Source of the DNA: a virus
Taxonomy: Duplodnaviria; Heunggongvirae; Uroviricota; Caudoviricetes
DNA: 47,287 nt
Virus record (IMG/VR): IMGVR_UViG_2870474514_000002
Strand: one strand, 5' to 3'
A program made the position numbers and the translations under genes. A model generated the notes under the pieces. That model was not told the origin of the DNA. It did no database searches and saw only the letters and a list, made by a program, of their open reading frames with translations. Below, piece by piece: positions 24,276 through 33,150 of the stretch. Position 1 is the first letter of the stretch. The number at the start of each line of letters is the position of its first letter.

Positions 24276-25341
24276 TCCTTAATCTGGCATCAACCACATT
24301 AATATTGATCGCCACAGGCTGGGGATGTTCATTATCCTCCACCGTTTCGATCTCTTTGCGCAGCTTCTGGTTTTCTATTCTGCGCCGTTCAATTTCCAGT
24401 TCCTGTAGCCGCTTATCTGCACATAATGCCCCGCCAGCAGAAAGCAAACGCAACAATTCACGCCGGGCGGCAGCCTTATCCTCCAGCAGGATCTCAACAC
24501 CGTATTTTCCGAGCTTTGACCCTGCATATAATTGCCGCGCATCCCCATCAAGCAGTGTGGTATCAGCCATATAAAGCTGTCCCGTTCCCTCACCGCAGCA
24601 CTTCGGGCAATCAGGATTGGGTATGGCGTTATCAACAAAGCCGATGCCTCCATATTCCGGCTCGGGTTTACCATCTCTGGAGGCCTGTGCCGCAGCCTTA
24701 TCGAATTCTGCAATATCACGCCACTGGTAGAGATGATTCTCGCCCCAGCAATAACGGCAGTTAACACGGCGAAATTGTGCCAACTGATTGGGGTCGGCCT
24801 GGACAATGGCCATCAACTGGCTCACCAGTAAATCCAGGTCTGCGGTATAGCGTTTCTGGTACTGATTGCGGAAGTAGCTGATAGCACGATAAACCCTGGC
24901 ATTTCTAAGCATACGGCTGGCGTTGCTGTTAGCTGTCGCACCTTGCCCCTCATAACCAGCCAGTCGGTATGCCTCTGTCGGCTTTTTCCCCTGAGCAACC
25001 AACATGGCGAATTTTGCCTGCTGGTCAGAAATACCGAATTCATCGGGGCAGAACGAAATTTCTTCCGTGTCCCCCTCAATCAGGAGTGCATCGGATACAG
25101 CCTTTTTTTTCTGAGATTTTCCGTTCTGCCTTTGCGCAGTCTGCGCAGTTTTTTTTCGCGCACTTTTTTGCGCAGTTTTGCGCATTTCTTTCTGCGCATT
25201 TTTCGGAGTTTTTTTGATGTAACGACGGGCTGTTGCGTAGTTCAGTCCCCTTGCTTCACACCATGCCACCGGAGATATACCGGAGCGGGTGTATTCAGCA
25301 ATATACTCCTGCTGCAACGCCCCCCAGTCCGGTCTGCTCAT
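24247..25341 (-). CDS. Terminase small subunit (unusually long)
   Basis: 364 aa: an N-terminal HTH-like segment (ISPVAWCEARGLNYATARRYIKK), a Lys-rich linker, a central region resembling P27-type small terminase (DQQAKFAMLVAQGKKPTEAYRLAGYE), a Cys cluster (CRYCW...CPKCCGEG) and a C-terminal coiled coil. Confidence 0.6.
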   Translation of the reverse strand: MSRPDWGALQQEYIAEYTRSGISPVAWCEARGLNYATARRYIKKTPKNAQKEMRKTAQKSARKKTAQTAQRQNGKSQKKKAVSDALLIEGDTEEISFCPDEFGISDQQAKFAMLVAQGKKPTEAYRLAGYEGQGATANSNASRMLRNARVYRAISYFRNQYQKRYTADLDLLVSQLMAIVQADPNQLAQFRRVNCRYCWGENHLYQWRDIAEFDKAAAQASRDGKPEPEYGGIGFVDNAIPNPDCPKCCGEGTGQLYMADTTLLDGDARQLYAGSKLGKYGVEILLEDKAAARRELLRLLSAGGALCADKRLQELEIERRRIENQKLRKEIETVEDNEHPQPVAININVVDARLRSDEDDLSDA

Positions 25342-25344
25342 CAG

Positions 25345-25596
25345 TTAGTCCTGATTTTTATCCACCCTGAGTAGTTCGCGCAGAGCAAAGGCATCCCCTT
25401 TTCTGGCAAGCTTAAACAATGCCGCTCGTAACTCGGCTTCACCTTTCGCTCTGCCCTTACGGATGGCCGCATAAAAATCTGTCATTGCTTCCCGATTTTC
25501 TTTCAGTCGGTTCAGATCAACATCCAGAACGTCAGCGATTTGTTGTGCAGTCATCCGGCACGCTGCCAGAGACTCGACTTTCGAATACGGAATCAT
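25345..25596 (-). CDS. Small HTH-like DNA-binding protein (83 aa), packaging-associated by position
   Basis: GGGGGTGA SD upstream of the ATG at 25596. MTAQQIADVLDVDLNRL helix-turn-helix-like segment. Stop is 1 codon before the terS ATG. The 5' end overlaps the 3' end of the GT-A-like gene by 65 nt. Confidence 0.5.
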   Translation of the reverse strand: MIPYSKVESLAACRMTAQQIADVLDVDLNRLKENREAMTDFYAAIRKGRAKGEAELRAALFKLARKGDAFALRELLRVDKNQD

Positions 25597-26464
25597 TTGT
25601 CACCCCCATTGATATGCAGGGTGTCTTCTTCCTGTATTTTTCGTGAAGGATTTTTACTGCAGCGTTGTTCCAGGTGACCTGATGGTGAATGCGTTTATGG
25701 CTGGCACCCATCAGTGAGATTTTTACGCACGACGGCGAATACATGACGGAGTAAAAACTTTTAACGTAGGTTCCGGAATCCAGATACAGCTCGGTCATTC
25801 CGCCGCTGTTTTTCTGCGTCTGCTTCTGCCCTAACTGGACAGCACCGATCGTCATAAACAATTCACCACAGCGACCGAGATTCGTGTACGTATTCACATC
25901 CTCGTTAATGCGCCCCATGAATGAGAACGGTCGATCAACCGAACAGATAAAGCTGTTCATTGCCTTGCGTTTCACCCACGAAGCATGGCCGCCATTGTCA
26001 CCAAGAAAATCCCCGCCCTGCGACATAGCGATGGAAAGCGCGGGTATTGATTCGTAATACGCCAGCATTTCAGAAAGGATCGCATCCAGTTTCCTTATCG
26101 GGAAATAGGCCTGGTCATAGTTGCGATCCACCCGAAACTGGAACTCGTGATAATCATCATCGAGCTGAATGAAGTATTTACACCCGACCAGTTTTGCCAG
26201 GTCGAAACAGGCATTACGGGCGTAAAAAATTGAGCGGCGGTCACCAAAATTATCGGCTTCGTCAAAACGACTAGCAATATCGGCTTTGGAAAATACCAGC
26301 ACCTGTTCACCAAATTCAGCCATGTACTGATGCCGTGTCTTATCTTCATCATCAACAACGATAAAAATTTTCCCGGTATAGCCAGCACGACGCAACGTCC
26401 GGTAAGTCAGAACTTTGTCCGGTCGCCCGTGAGTCAGAATAAAGGCGCAAAAATCATCACGCAT
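25532..26464 (-). CDS. GT-A-fold-like putative nucleotide-sugar transferase (possible full-length ydaY)
   Basis: 310 aa from the ATG at 26464, which has a GGAGGAGGAGGAGG SD and overlaps the ParB-like stop (ATGCGTGA). N-terminal beta-alpha-beta AFILTHGRPDKVLTYRTLRR then acidic IFIVVDDEDK and a DxD-like IQLDDDY. Family assignment is from motif inspection only. Confidence 0.5.
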   Translation of the reverse strand: MRDDFCAFILTHGRPDKVLTYRTLRRAGYTGKIFIVVDDEDKTRHQYMAEFGEQVLVFSKADIASRFDEADNFGDRRSIFYARNACFDLAKLVGCKYFIQLDDDYHEFQFRVDRNYDQAYFPIRKLDAILSEMLAYYESIPALSIAMSQGGDFLGDNGGHASWVKRKAMNSFICSVDRPFSFMGRINEDVNTYTNLGRCGELFMTIGAVQLGQKQTQKNSGGMTELYLDSGTYVKSFYSVMYSPSCVKISLMGASHKRIHHQVTWNNAAVKILHEKYRKKTPCISMGVTNDSVFESRVSGSVPDDCTTNR

Positions 26465-27251
26465 ATTCCTCCTCCTCCTCCCCGCCATGCATGATCTCCA
26501 CCATGCGCTGCGTCATTCGGACAAATCCATTTTCAATAGCCTGCTGATAATCAATGATCACCAGCGCCGACTCCTCGAAAAGGCACTGAATTTCAGCGGG
26601 GGCATGAGCGTAATAGTCCGCAATTCTGCTGAAATTGAACACCGTGTGACGTTCTGCCGCACACAGGAGGAATTTCTCAATATCAGGATCAAGGGACGCC
26701 GAACGTATCCGGCTGATCAGCTCCTGAGTTTTCGTATCGTCGTACAGTTCACGGATATCCGGTTTACCGCCCGACGGCTCATAAACAGGCGTATCAATTT
26801 TCGTCGTATACGGCTCCTCCTTATTTCCTGTACCGGACAAAACATCCGTCAACAGTTCATCAATTTCTGTCGGGCCGAAGCCTGTCAGGGAGACATCAAA
26901 ATCAGCATTGATTAGGTCCGACAGCTCCATCCGCAACAGATCTTCATCCCAGCCAGCATTCATCGGCAGGCGATTATCTGCCAGGCGGTACGCCTTTTTC
27001 TGCTCATCCGTCAGGCCAGACAGAACAATGACCGGAACAGAATCCATTTTGAGCATTTCAGCCGCCATAACACGATCGTGACCCGCAATAATTTCGCCCT
27101 TTTCGTCAATCAGCACCGGATTAGTCCAGCCGAATTGCTTAATACTTTCTACCAGTTGTGCCACCTGCTCAGTACTGTGCGTCCTGGCGTTGTGCGCATA
27201 CGGTGACAATTCTTGTAATGGGCGATAGACTATCTTTAATTTCTCGCTCAT
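26457..27251 (-). CDS. ynaK: ParB N-terminal (ParB/sulfiredoxin nuclease-like) domain protein
   Basis: 264 aa with a ParB-box-like NPVLIDEKGEIIAGHDRVMAA near the N-terminus and an acidic tail (GGEEEEEYA). K-12 ynaK appears to be a short fragment of this gene. Confidence 0.75.
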   Translation of the reverse strand: MSEKLKIVYRPLQELSPYAHNARTHSTEQVAQLVESIKQFGWTNPVLIDEKGEIIAGHDRVMAAEMLKMDSVPVIVLSGLTDEQKKAYRLADNRLPMNAGWDEDLLRMELSDLINADFDVSLTGFGPTEIDELLTDVLSGTGNKEEPYTTKIDTPVYEPSGGKPDIRELYDDTKTQELISRIRSASLDPDIEKFLLCAAERHTVFNFSRIADYYAHAPAEIQCLFEESALVIIDYQQAIENGFVRMTQRMVEIMHGGEEEEEYA

Positions 27252-27388
27252 ACAGCCTTGCTTTATGAATAAAACGCACCCCAGCAGCCAGTGCTACTGG
27301 GGGCGGAGGTGTTGCTGGTAAAGTTAGGTATTGGATCAATGAGTGAGTCAACATAATATTAAACTCACAATTATAAATCAGCCATATA

Positions 27389-28846
27389 TTAGGAGCGCCA
27401 AAAAAAACCTGAAAATAATATAATAACAGGATAAATTTCAAGGCGACCAAGAATCATAGCTATGCACATTAAATATTTTGCAATGTCATTAAGCACTCCG
27501 AATGACGATGCAGTAGCCCCAAAACCTAATCCCATATTATTAATACATGCAGCCACTGTTGCAAATGATGTAAGAAAATCATATCCCATACCATTTAACA
27601 CCAGTATAAAAAACACCGTGAAGAGAGTATAAAGAAAAAAGAAACTCCATACAGACCTCATTACACGATCTGTAACTATCTTCCCTCCTACATTTACACT
27701 CAACAACGCTCTGGGATGAGAAAGCTGATTTATCTCGTGTTTGCTTTGTTTGAAAAGTATAAGAAATCGAAGTGACTTAATTCCACCACAAGTTGAACCT
27801 ATACATCCCCCAAAGAAACTTGACAACAGCAAAAATACTATCGTGTGCGTGGGCCAGTTTGCATAATCTTGCGTAGCTAAACCATTATCAGTGAGCATGG
27901 AGCTGGCAAGAAAAAACGAATGAATAAAACTTCCATGCAAGTCATACATACCTATATGCCAGACCTGGAAAGAGGTAACAATGATCACCACTAAGGCTAT
28001 TAACAGAAAGAAACGAAGTTCAATATCTCTGATTAAAGGTTTTATCGTTTTCCTGCTAATAACAATATACCAAAGAGTGAAGTTGAAAGCCGATAGCAGG
28101 GAAAAAGAACCAGCCACCAGCTCAACCAAATAGTTATTAAAATATCCGATACTCTCGCTATGAGTTGAGAAACCACCAAGCGAAACTGTGGAAATCCCGT
28201 GACAAATAGCATCAAACAAAGGCATTCCTGCAAGTCTATAACAGACAATACAAGCAATACCTAATAAAGAATAAGTTATCCACAGTGTCCGTGACGTATC
28301 GGCCAGGCGGGGAGTGAGTTTGTCATCCTTAAATGGCCCCGGCATTTCTGACTGATAAAGCTTTGCACCACCAATACCCAATAATGGCAATACAGCAACC
28401 GCCAGAACAATAACTCCTAAACCACCTATAAAATTTAACTGTGACCGATAGTACAAATATGCCCGAGGTAATGAACTAACATCATCAATTACAGTTGCTC
28501 CTGTTGTTGTTATTCCAGAAACCCCTTCAAAAAGAGCATCAATGAACGTTAAATTAAGTTCTGAGTCAATCCATAAAGGGAATGCACTAATAACAGAAAA
28601 CAAAATCCAAAACATTACAATTATAATAAACCCATCACGGGTACGTAATTGAATGCCAGATTTCTTAGTTGTATACCACGCTCCGCCACCAATGCAAAAA
28701 AATATAACGAAGGTTATAAAGAAAACGAACAGGCTTTTTTCTTTATAAAACAATGCTACAACCATTGGTGGCAACATTGAAAGACTATAGAGCCAAACCA
28801 GGAACCCACACATATGAGTAACAACTCTTACATGAGATGTATTCAT
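27389..28846 (-). CDS. trkG: TrkG/TrkH-family potassium uptake protein
   Basis: 485 aa from MNTSHVRVV, polytopic membrane protein with the repeated glycine selectivity-filter-like motifs of Trk/Ktr transporters (GITTTGATV, SLGGFSTHS). AT-rich relative to the flanking phage genes. Confidence 0.9.
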   Translation of the reverse strand: MNTSHVRVVTHMCGFLVWLYSLSMLPPMVVALFYKEKSLFVFFITFVIFFCIGGGAWYTTKKSGIQLRTRDGFIIIVMFWILFSVISAFPLWIDSELNLTFIDALFEGVSGITTTGATVIDDVSSLPRAYLYYRSQLNFIGGLGVIVLAVAVLPLLGIGGAKLYQSEMPGPFKDDKLTPRLADTSRTLWITYSLLGIACIVCYRLAGMPLFDAICHGISTVSLGGFSTHSESIGYFNNYLVELVAGSFSLLSAFNFTLWYIVISRKTIKPLIRDIELRFFLLIALVVIIVTSFQVWHIGMYDLHGSFIHSFFLASSMLTDNGLATQDYANWPTHTIVFLLLSSFFGGCIGSTCGGIKSLRFLILFKQSKHEINQLSHPRALLSVNVGGKIVTDRVMRSVWSFFFLYTLFTVFFILVLNGMGYDFLTSFATVAACINNMGLGFGATASSFGVLNDIAKYLMCIAMILGRLEIYPVIILFSGFFWRS

Positions 28847-28983
28847 ATCTAAATATTCTTTCAATTATAACCACCTTGCTGCAATATTATGATTATACTG
28901 TATAAAATTTAACTCCTCTTAGATCTTACTTCACTGTTCCTTATGAAACAATCATCAAAATAAATCATATTGTAGTTAAGATT

Positions 28984-29448
28984 TTACTTTAAACACTGTT
29001 CGGTTATGTATTGCTGAGCTCCTTCAAGTTGGGCCTGCATCATTACCAGTCGTTCCCGGAGGGTGAAATAATCCCGTTCAGCGGTGTCTGCCAGTCGGGG
29101 GGATGCTGCATTATCCACGCCGGAGGCGGTGGTGGCTTCACGCACTGACTGACAGACTGCTTTGATGTGCAACCGACGACGACCAGCGGCAACATCATCA
29201 CGCAGAGCATCATTTTCAGCTTTCGCATCAGCTAACTCCTTCGTGTATTTTGCATCGAGCGCAGCAACATCACGCTGACGCATCTGCATGTCAGTAATTG
29301 CCGCGTTCGCCAGCTTCAGTTCTCTGGCATTTTTGTCGCGCTGGGCTTTATAGGTAATGGCGTTATCACGGTAATGATTAACAGCCCATGACAGGCAGAC
29401 GATGATGCAGATAACCAGAGCGGAGATAATCGCGGTTACTCTGTTCAT
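28984..29448 (-). CDS. rzpR: Rz-like i-spanin
   Basis: 154 aa from the ATG at 29448, which forms an ATGA overlap with the endolysin stop. N-terminal transmembrane helix then a coiled-coil periplasmic domain. Confidence 0.8.
   Translation of the reverse strand: MNRVTAIISALVICIIVCLSWAVNHYRDNAITYKAQRDKNARELKLANAAITDMQMRQRDVAALDAKYTKELADAKAENDALRDDVAAGRRRLHIKAVCQSVREATTASGVDNAASPRLADTAERDYFTLRERLVMMQAQLEGAQQYITEQCLK
29043..29228 (-). CDS. rzoR: Rz1-like o-spanin lipoprotein, embedded in Rz in another frame
   Basis: 61 aa with a lipobox (LVVVGCTSK) and a proline-rich stretch ([10 protein letters not shown]), lying entirely inside Rz. Confidence 0.75.
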   Translation of the reverse strand: MRKLKMMLCVMMLPLVVVGCTSKQSVSQCVKPPPPPAWIMQHPPDWQTPLNGIISPSGNDW

Positions 29449-29942
29449 TGCTGACCCCACAAACAGATTTCACGCTCAATCTCACGACGAGTCATGAGAC
29501 CTTTCCATTGCTTACCGCCAGCATATGTCCAGCGACGTAGCTGATCACATGCGCCTTTGATATCGCCCTGGTTTATTTTGCGAAGAAGCGTCGATGTTCT
29601 GAAATTGCCAGCACCCACGTTGTAAACGAATGAGTAAAGAGCGCCGCGCGTTGTTTCCGGTATATCGACTTTGATGTACGGGTTAATTTGTCTGGCGACA
29701 GTGGCAAGGTCTTTATTCAAGAGTGCCTTGCATTCTGCTTTGGTATACGTTTTACCGAGCATGATGTCTTTTCCTGTATGCCCGTGACATACAGTCCATA
29801 CACCAACAATATCTTTGTATGGTATGTAGCTGACACCCTCCAGACCATCGTTACCACTTGAGCCAGTGATTAACACTGATGCTATAGCAATTGCTCCGCC
29901 ACCAATAGCAGCAGCAACGGCTTTTCGTAATGATGGAGGCAT
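29445..29942 (-). CDS. Endolysin, lysozyme-like with an N-terminal SAR signal-anchor
   Basis: 165 aa with a weakly hydrophobic Gly/Ala-rich N-terminus ([20 protein letters not shown]) and a lysozyme-like core. Start forms a TAATG overlap with the holin stop. Confidence 0.85.
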   Translation of the reverse strand: MPPSLRKAVAAAIGGGAIAIASVLITGSSGNDGLEGVSYIPYKDIVGVWTVCHGHTGKDIMLGKTYTKAECKALLNKDLATVARQINPYIKVDIPETTRGALYSFVYNVGAGNFRTSTLLRKINQGDIKGACDQLRRWTYAGGKQWKGLMTRREIEREICLWGQQ

Positions 29943-30157
29943 TATTCACCTCTCGCAGCCTTGCGCTTATCTTCTTTAATCTTGAAATAAAGGTTTGTCA
30001 GGTACGTCAGCAGGCCAAATACCAAGCTACCCAGCACACCTATTGCTGCCCACTGTGAGGGCGTGACTTTATCGAGCAGCTGTAAAAACCAGTAGCCAGC
30101 ACTGCCTGCGGAGGTGCCATAGGCGACACCCGTTGTTAACTTATCCATGGATTTCAT
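29942..30157 (-). CDS. Holin, phage 21 S-type pinholin with dual start
   Basis: 71 aa beginning MKSMDK, with two in-frame ATGs 3 codons apart (30157 and 30148), a GAGGTGGGGG SD, and two transmembrane segments. Resembles S21 68/71. Confidence 0.8.
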
Positions 30158-30497
30158 AACCCCCACCTCGCAGATGCGGGCGCTGTGTAACGGAAACAAA
30201 AAATGGCCACCAGCGGCCCGTAAAAAACACCCCGTCAAAAGCACCGGCATCCGCAGATGCCCTTTGCGTGGCGTTATTTGATGCGCGCCAGATGTGGCGC
30301 AAAGAAATGAAATAAGACTTATCGAAAATTAAGGTTAATTTGATGATTTAAACCACTTCTGAAGCTTAGTAGTATGAACATGTCCCCAGAAGAGGGCCAA
30401 TACTTATTATTCTTCATGGACTTTGTCCCGCGGTCTTAATCCGACGACCGCGCTACTTTTCACCCTCTCGCAAATTGCTATCTAAAGGACGTTGTCC

Positions 30498-30531
30498 CAC
30501 GAGTATTCCTGGATGCTCGTGTCTTTTTTTG
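30498..30531 (+). terminator. Plus-strand intrinsic terminator
   Basis: Stem CACGAG / CTCGTG with a 12-nt loop, followed by TCTTTTTTTG. Confidence 0.5.
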
Positions 30532-30540
30532 TCTGATGCA

Positions 30541-30569
30541 GGTATAAAAAAAACCGCCAGATATGGCGG
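30541..30569 (-). terminator. Minus-strand intrinsic terminator downstream of the tRNA pair
   Basis: Stem CCGCCA / TGGCGG with a 4-nt loop, followed on the minus strand by nine T residues. Convergent with the plus-strand terminator 10 bp away. Confidence 0.6.
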
Positions 30570-30935
30570 TTGGTCAATGTATAAGATAAATCATTTTAAT
30601 TGTAATAAAAATCGAGGTGTCGGGTGCCTCCCGAAATATCTGTCCCTACAACAAATATTGTGATTCCCCGCTAAACCACTATATAAACCACCCTCGCACT
30701 GAGGAACACCTCTGTGGTGCTTTTACAACACCAGAATGATGCATCACCGACCCTGCCAGGAAATACAAAATCTCCACCGATAATGCACCATTCTGCTGTC
30801 GTAAAAAAATCAGCACTGAGGCTACACCTGGCCTCAAATCATAGCCAGAGAACAGAATGCTTTTCCAAAACAACCTGCTCCCACGTAATAAAAAATACGC
30901 CAGTGCCGCAATACAATAAGGCTTGTTTCAAATGC

Positions 30936-31010
<75 letters not shown>

Positions 31011-31013
31011 ATA

Positions 31014-31089
<76 letters not shown>

Positions 31090-31159
31090 ATTGGTTCTTC
31101 AGGGGAGCGATATCACCGATCAAAGAAGAGTTCCCCCTCAGAACCGTTTTCGATAATAC

Positions 31160-31196
31160 GATTTAATATTCCAATCGCAACAACACTTTGCGTCAA
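31160..31196 (-). promoter_or_regulatory. Putative sigma70 promoter for the tRNA pair
   Basis: On the minus strand: TTGACG (31196..31191), 17-nt spacer, TGGAAT (31173..31168), about 70 nt upstream of the tRNA-Thr 5' end. Confidence 0.3.
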
Positions 31197-31320
31197 GTTA
31201 TGTAAATTTATTTATGTATTTTTATTTTATGTGAACATTTCACCTTCATTTAAAATATACGCGACAATATATAAACAAATTTATTTTGAAGGCAATTATT
31301 AAATGTCGTTTCTTATATCA

Positions 31321-31356
31321 CACCACAAAAACAACAAAACCCGCTCGATGCGGGTT
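31321..31356 (-). terminator. tR'-like intrinsic terminator about 90 nt downstream of the Q-like gene
   Basis: Stem AACCCGC / GCGGGTT with a 5-nt loop, followed on the minus strand by TTTTGTTGTTTTTG. Expected position for the Q-antiterminated late terminator. Confidence 0.5.
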
Positions 31357-31441
31357 CTATTAAAGTTTAATTGCGCTTGATTCGCCACGCGATACAGCTT
31401 TGCGAAGCGTAGCAAAATTGAAGCAGTTTATGCGTAAAAAA

Positions 31442-31852
31442 TCAAGCCGTTTTTTGAGCGAATGATTCTCGCATGGGAATGTATAGCGCATACTCAGCAA
31501 CGGCCAACCAATTAGCAATTCGCTTTTCGCATGTGCTAAAACACCACTCTGGGTGTGCATCATTTAGCAATTCAGCCATTTTGCGTTTGGTCATCCCCCG
31601 CCCCTCATACCGTTGCCGAAGGACGCTAATCAATCCTGGATGCTCTGCCAGCACCTCACTTATGACTCGATCAATACATAACGCCTCTGCATCAGTACAA
31701 TGCGCCAGCCAGCTCTTTTGCTTGCCGTTGATCATCTCTCTCAAAAACGCTTCCAGCTCAGCTTTCTCTATTCCCGCTTTTTTCATTCTGCGCAGGGCTT
31801 CATTGATGGCTGTTTTCGTCAATTTTTTGGATGCCAACAACTGATTGAACAT
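31442..31852 (-). CDS. Putative late-gene antiterminator (Q-like, by position)
   Basis: About 136 aa from the ATG at 31852 (AGGA SD); the 220 aa track ORF extends into the upstream gene. Last ORF before the late terminator, tRNAs and lysis genes. Not recognisably lambda Q. Confidence 0.4.
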   Translation of the reverse strand: MFNQLLASKKLTKTAINEALRRMKKAGIEKAELEAFLREMINGKQKSWLAHCTDAEALCIDRVISEVLAEHPGLISVLRQRYEGRGMTKRKMAELLNDAHPEWCFSTCEKRIANWLAVAEYALYIPMRESFAQKTA

Positions 31853-31980
31853 ATTTCCTGACCTGCCACCGCCAATATACGACCAGCGCCCCCACATACG
31901 CAGTTTGCCCTGAATCCAGACACTTTCCAGCGTGGCGAGACGAAGGTGTTCTCCGCTTTTTCCTGTATTCGTTGGGTAAA

Positions 31981-32271
31981 TCACAAATATCCCTCCTTTC
32001 TCCAGATTTCTTGTGTGCGAAAAACACCTTCTGCATGCATCAGGCGTAATTCTTCTTTGGTGTAATCGCTGGTTTTTACCCGCCCGTCGATTAGATCGTG
32101 GCATGAGCTACAGGCAATCGCCGCCTGCATATCGTGTGGTTTTGTCGCTGTTCCGCACGTTCCCGCCAGTCGGTAATGCGCCAGCACAGACGTTTCCGGA
32201 TCGTGATTGCAGTAGCCAGGAATTCTGACGGTGCACATCTGCCCCCGCGCCGCTTTACGTAAATCCACCAT
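31981..32271 (-). CDS. YbcO-like small Cys/His-rich protein (putative nin-region nuclease)
   Basis: 96 aa with Cys/His ligands (CTVRIPGYCNHD, CSSCHDLIDGR). ATGA overlap with the upstream gene. Size and composition resemble DLP12 YbcO, recalled from memory. Confidence 0.55.
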   Translation of the reverse strand: MVDLRKAARGQMCTVRIPGYCNHDPETSVLAHYRLAGTCGTATKPHDMQAAIACSSCHDLIDGRVKTSDYTKEELRLMHAEGVFRTQEIWRKEGYL

Positions 32272-32870
32272 TACGCAAACTCCAGCAGCTGCGCGGCCAC
32301 ATTTTCGACTTGTTCCAGAGAGGAAAATTTACGGAACAGAATCCAGTTCCACAGCACATTCAGAACAGATTTATAAACCTGCTGAAACTCGGTTTCGTCC
32401 ATATTCGCAAAAGCGATGGATTTCGCCCGACGCCCATGGCTACCGTCCGGATAAAAATGTTCGGTGTAAAATCCAGCCTGAATGGTTACCCACTCGCGAA
32501 AAGCCTCAAACGACTTTAGCAATGCCGTATCCCGGGTTCTGCGTGTCGCAACTGTATTCAGATATTGCTCTGCGGCATCACTCAGGGCTGGCGTGTGTTC
32601 CCGACCAACTGATTCGCACAGGTAATCAACGAAACCAGACAGCAGTTCTCGTTCGCGAGGCGTGATCGCCCCACCGACCGGAGTCCAGTAATCGAATCCC
32701 AGTTGCAGGAGTTTGAAAAAACGCTTGTGGAATGCGTAGTTACGCACACGCTTAAAATCAGCGTGTATCCACTCGCCTATTTTAATTTGATGCAGAAAAT
32801 CACAACTCTCCGGCGTCGCCGGGAGAAGTAAACCAGAAGAAGTTTGTTTGACCAGTTGTATATGCGCCAT
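32271..32870 (-). CDS. Nin-region phage protein of unknown function
   Basis: 199 aa ORF upstream of the YbcO-like gene, at the boundary of the AT-rich island. Confidence 0.5.
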   Translation of the reverse strand: MAHIQLVKQTSSGLLLPATPESCDFLHQIKIGEWIHADFKRVRNYAFHKRFFKLLQLGFDYWTPVGGAITPRERELLSGFVDYLCESVGREHTPALSDAAEQYLNTVATRRTRDTALLKSFEAFREWVTIQAGFYTEHFYPDGSHGRRAKSIAFANMDETEFQQVYKSVLNVLWNWILFRKFSSLEQVENVAAQLLEFA

Positions 32871-33150
32871 TTCTCAATCTCTCTATGGCGCAGTGCAGCA
32901 GATGCCAGTTGTTCAGGCTGACGAATAAAGTATAAATAAACTGGCTATGGTGTAAAGCCCCACATAGCATGAACAAACACTACATATCAAATAGCTGGTA
33001 CAAGGATAGAAATACGACACTTATTATTAAAAACGATTAGCTAAATTACATTTTAATGTTATGAAAAAGTTCTTTTTTATCATAACATTTCAATAAAAGC
33101 ATTACAGATGCAATCATCCCGTCATCATCAATTATTTAAGGTGGTTAAAC

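Noticed and set aside
27169-27450. Minus-strand 93 aa ORF spanning the trkG / ParB-like intergenic region
   Set aside because: Overlaps the ParB-like start and the terminator-like sequence after trkG; no SD; likely a chance ORF in AT-rich DNA.
31442-32104. Full 220 aa version of the Q-like ORF
   Set aside because: Its first 84 codons overlap the 3' end of the YbcO-like gene in another frame and have no SD. The internal ATG at 31852 with an AGGA SD gives a compact gene, so the long form was not used.
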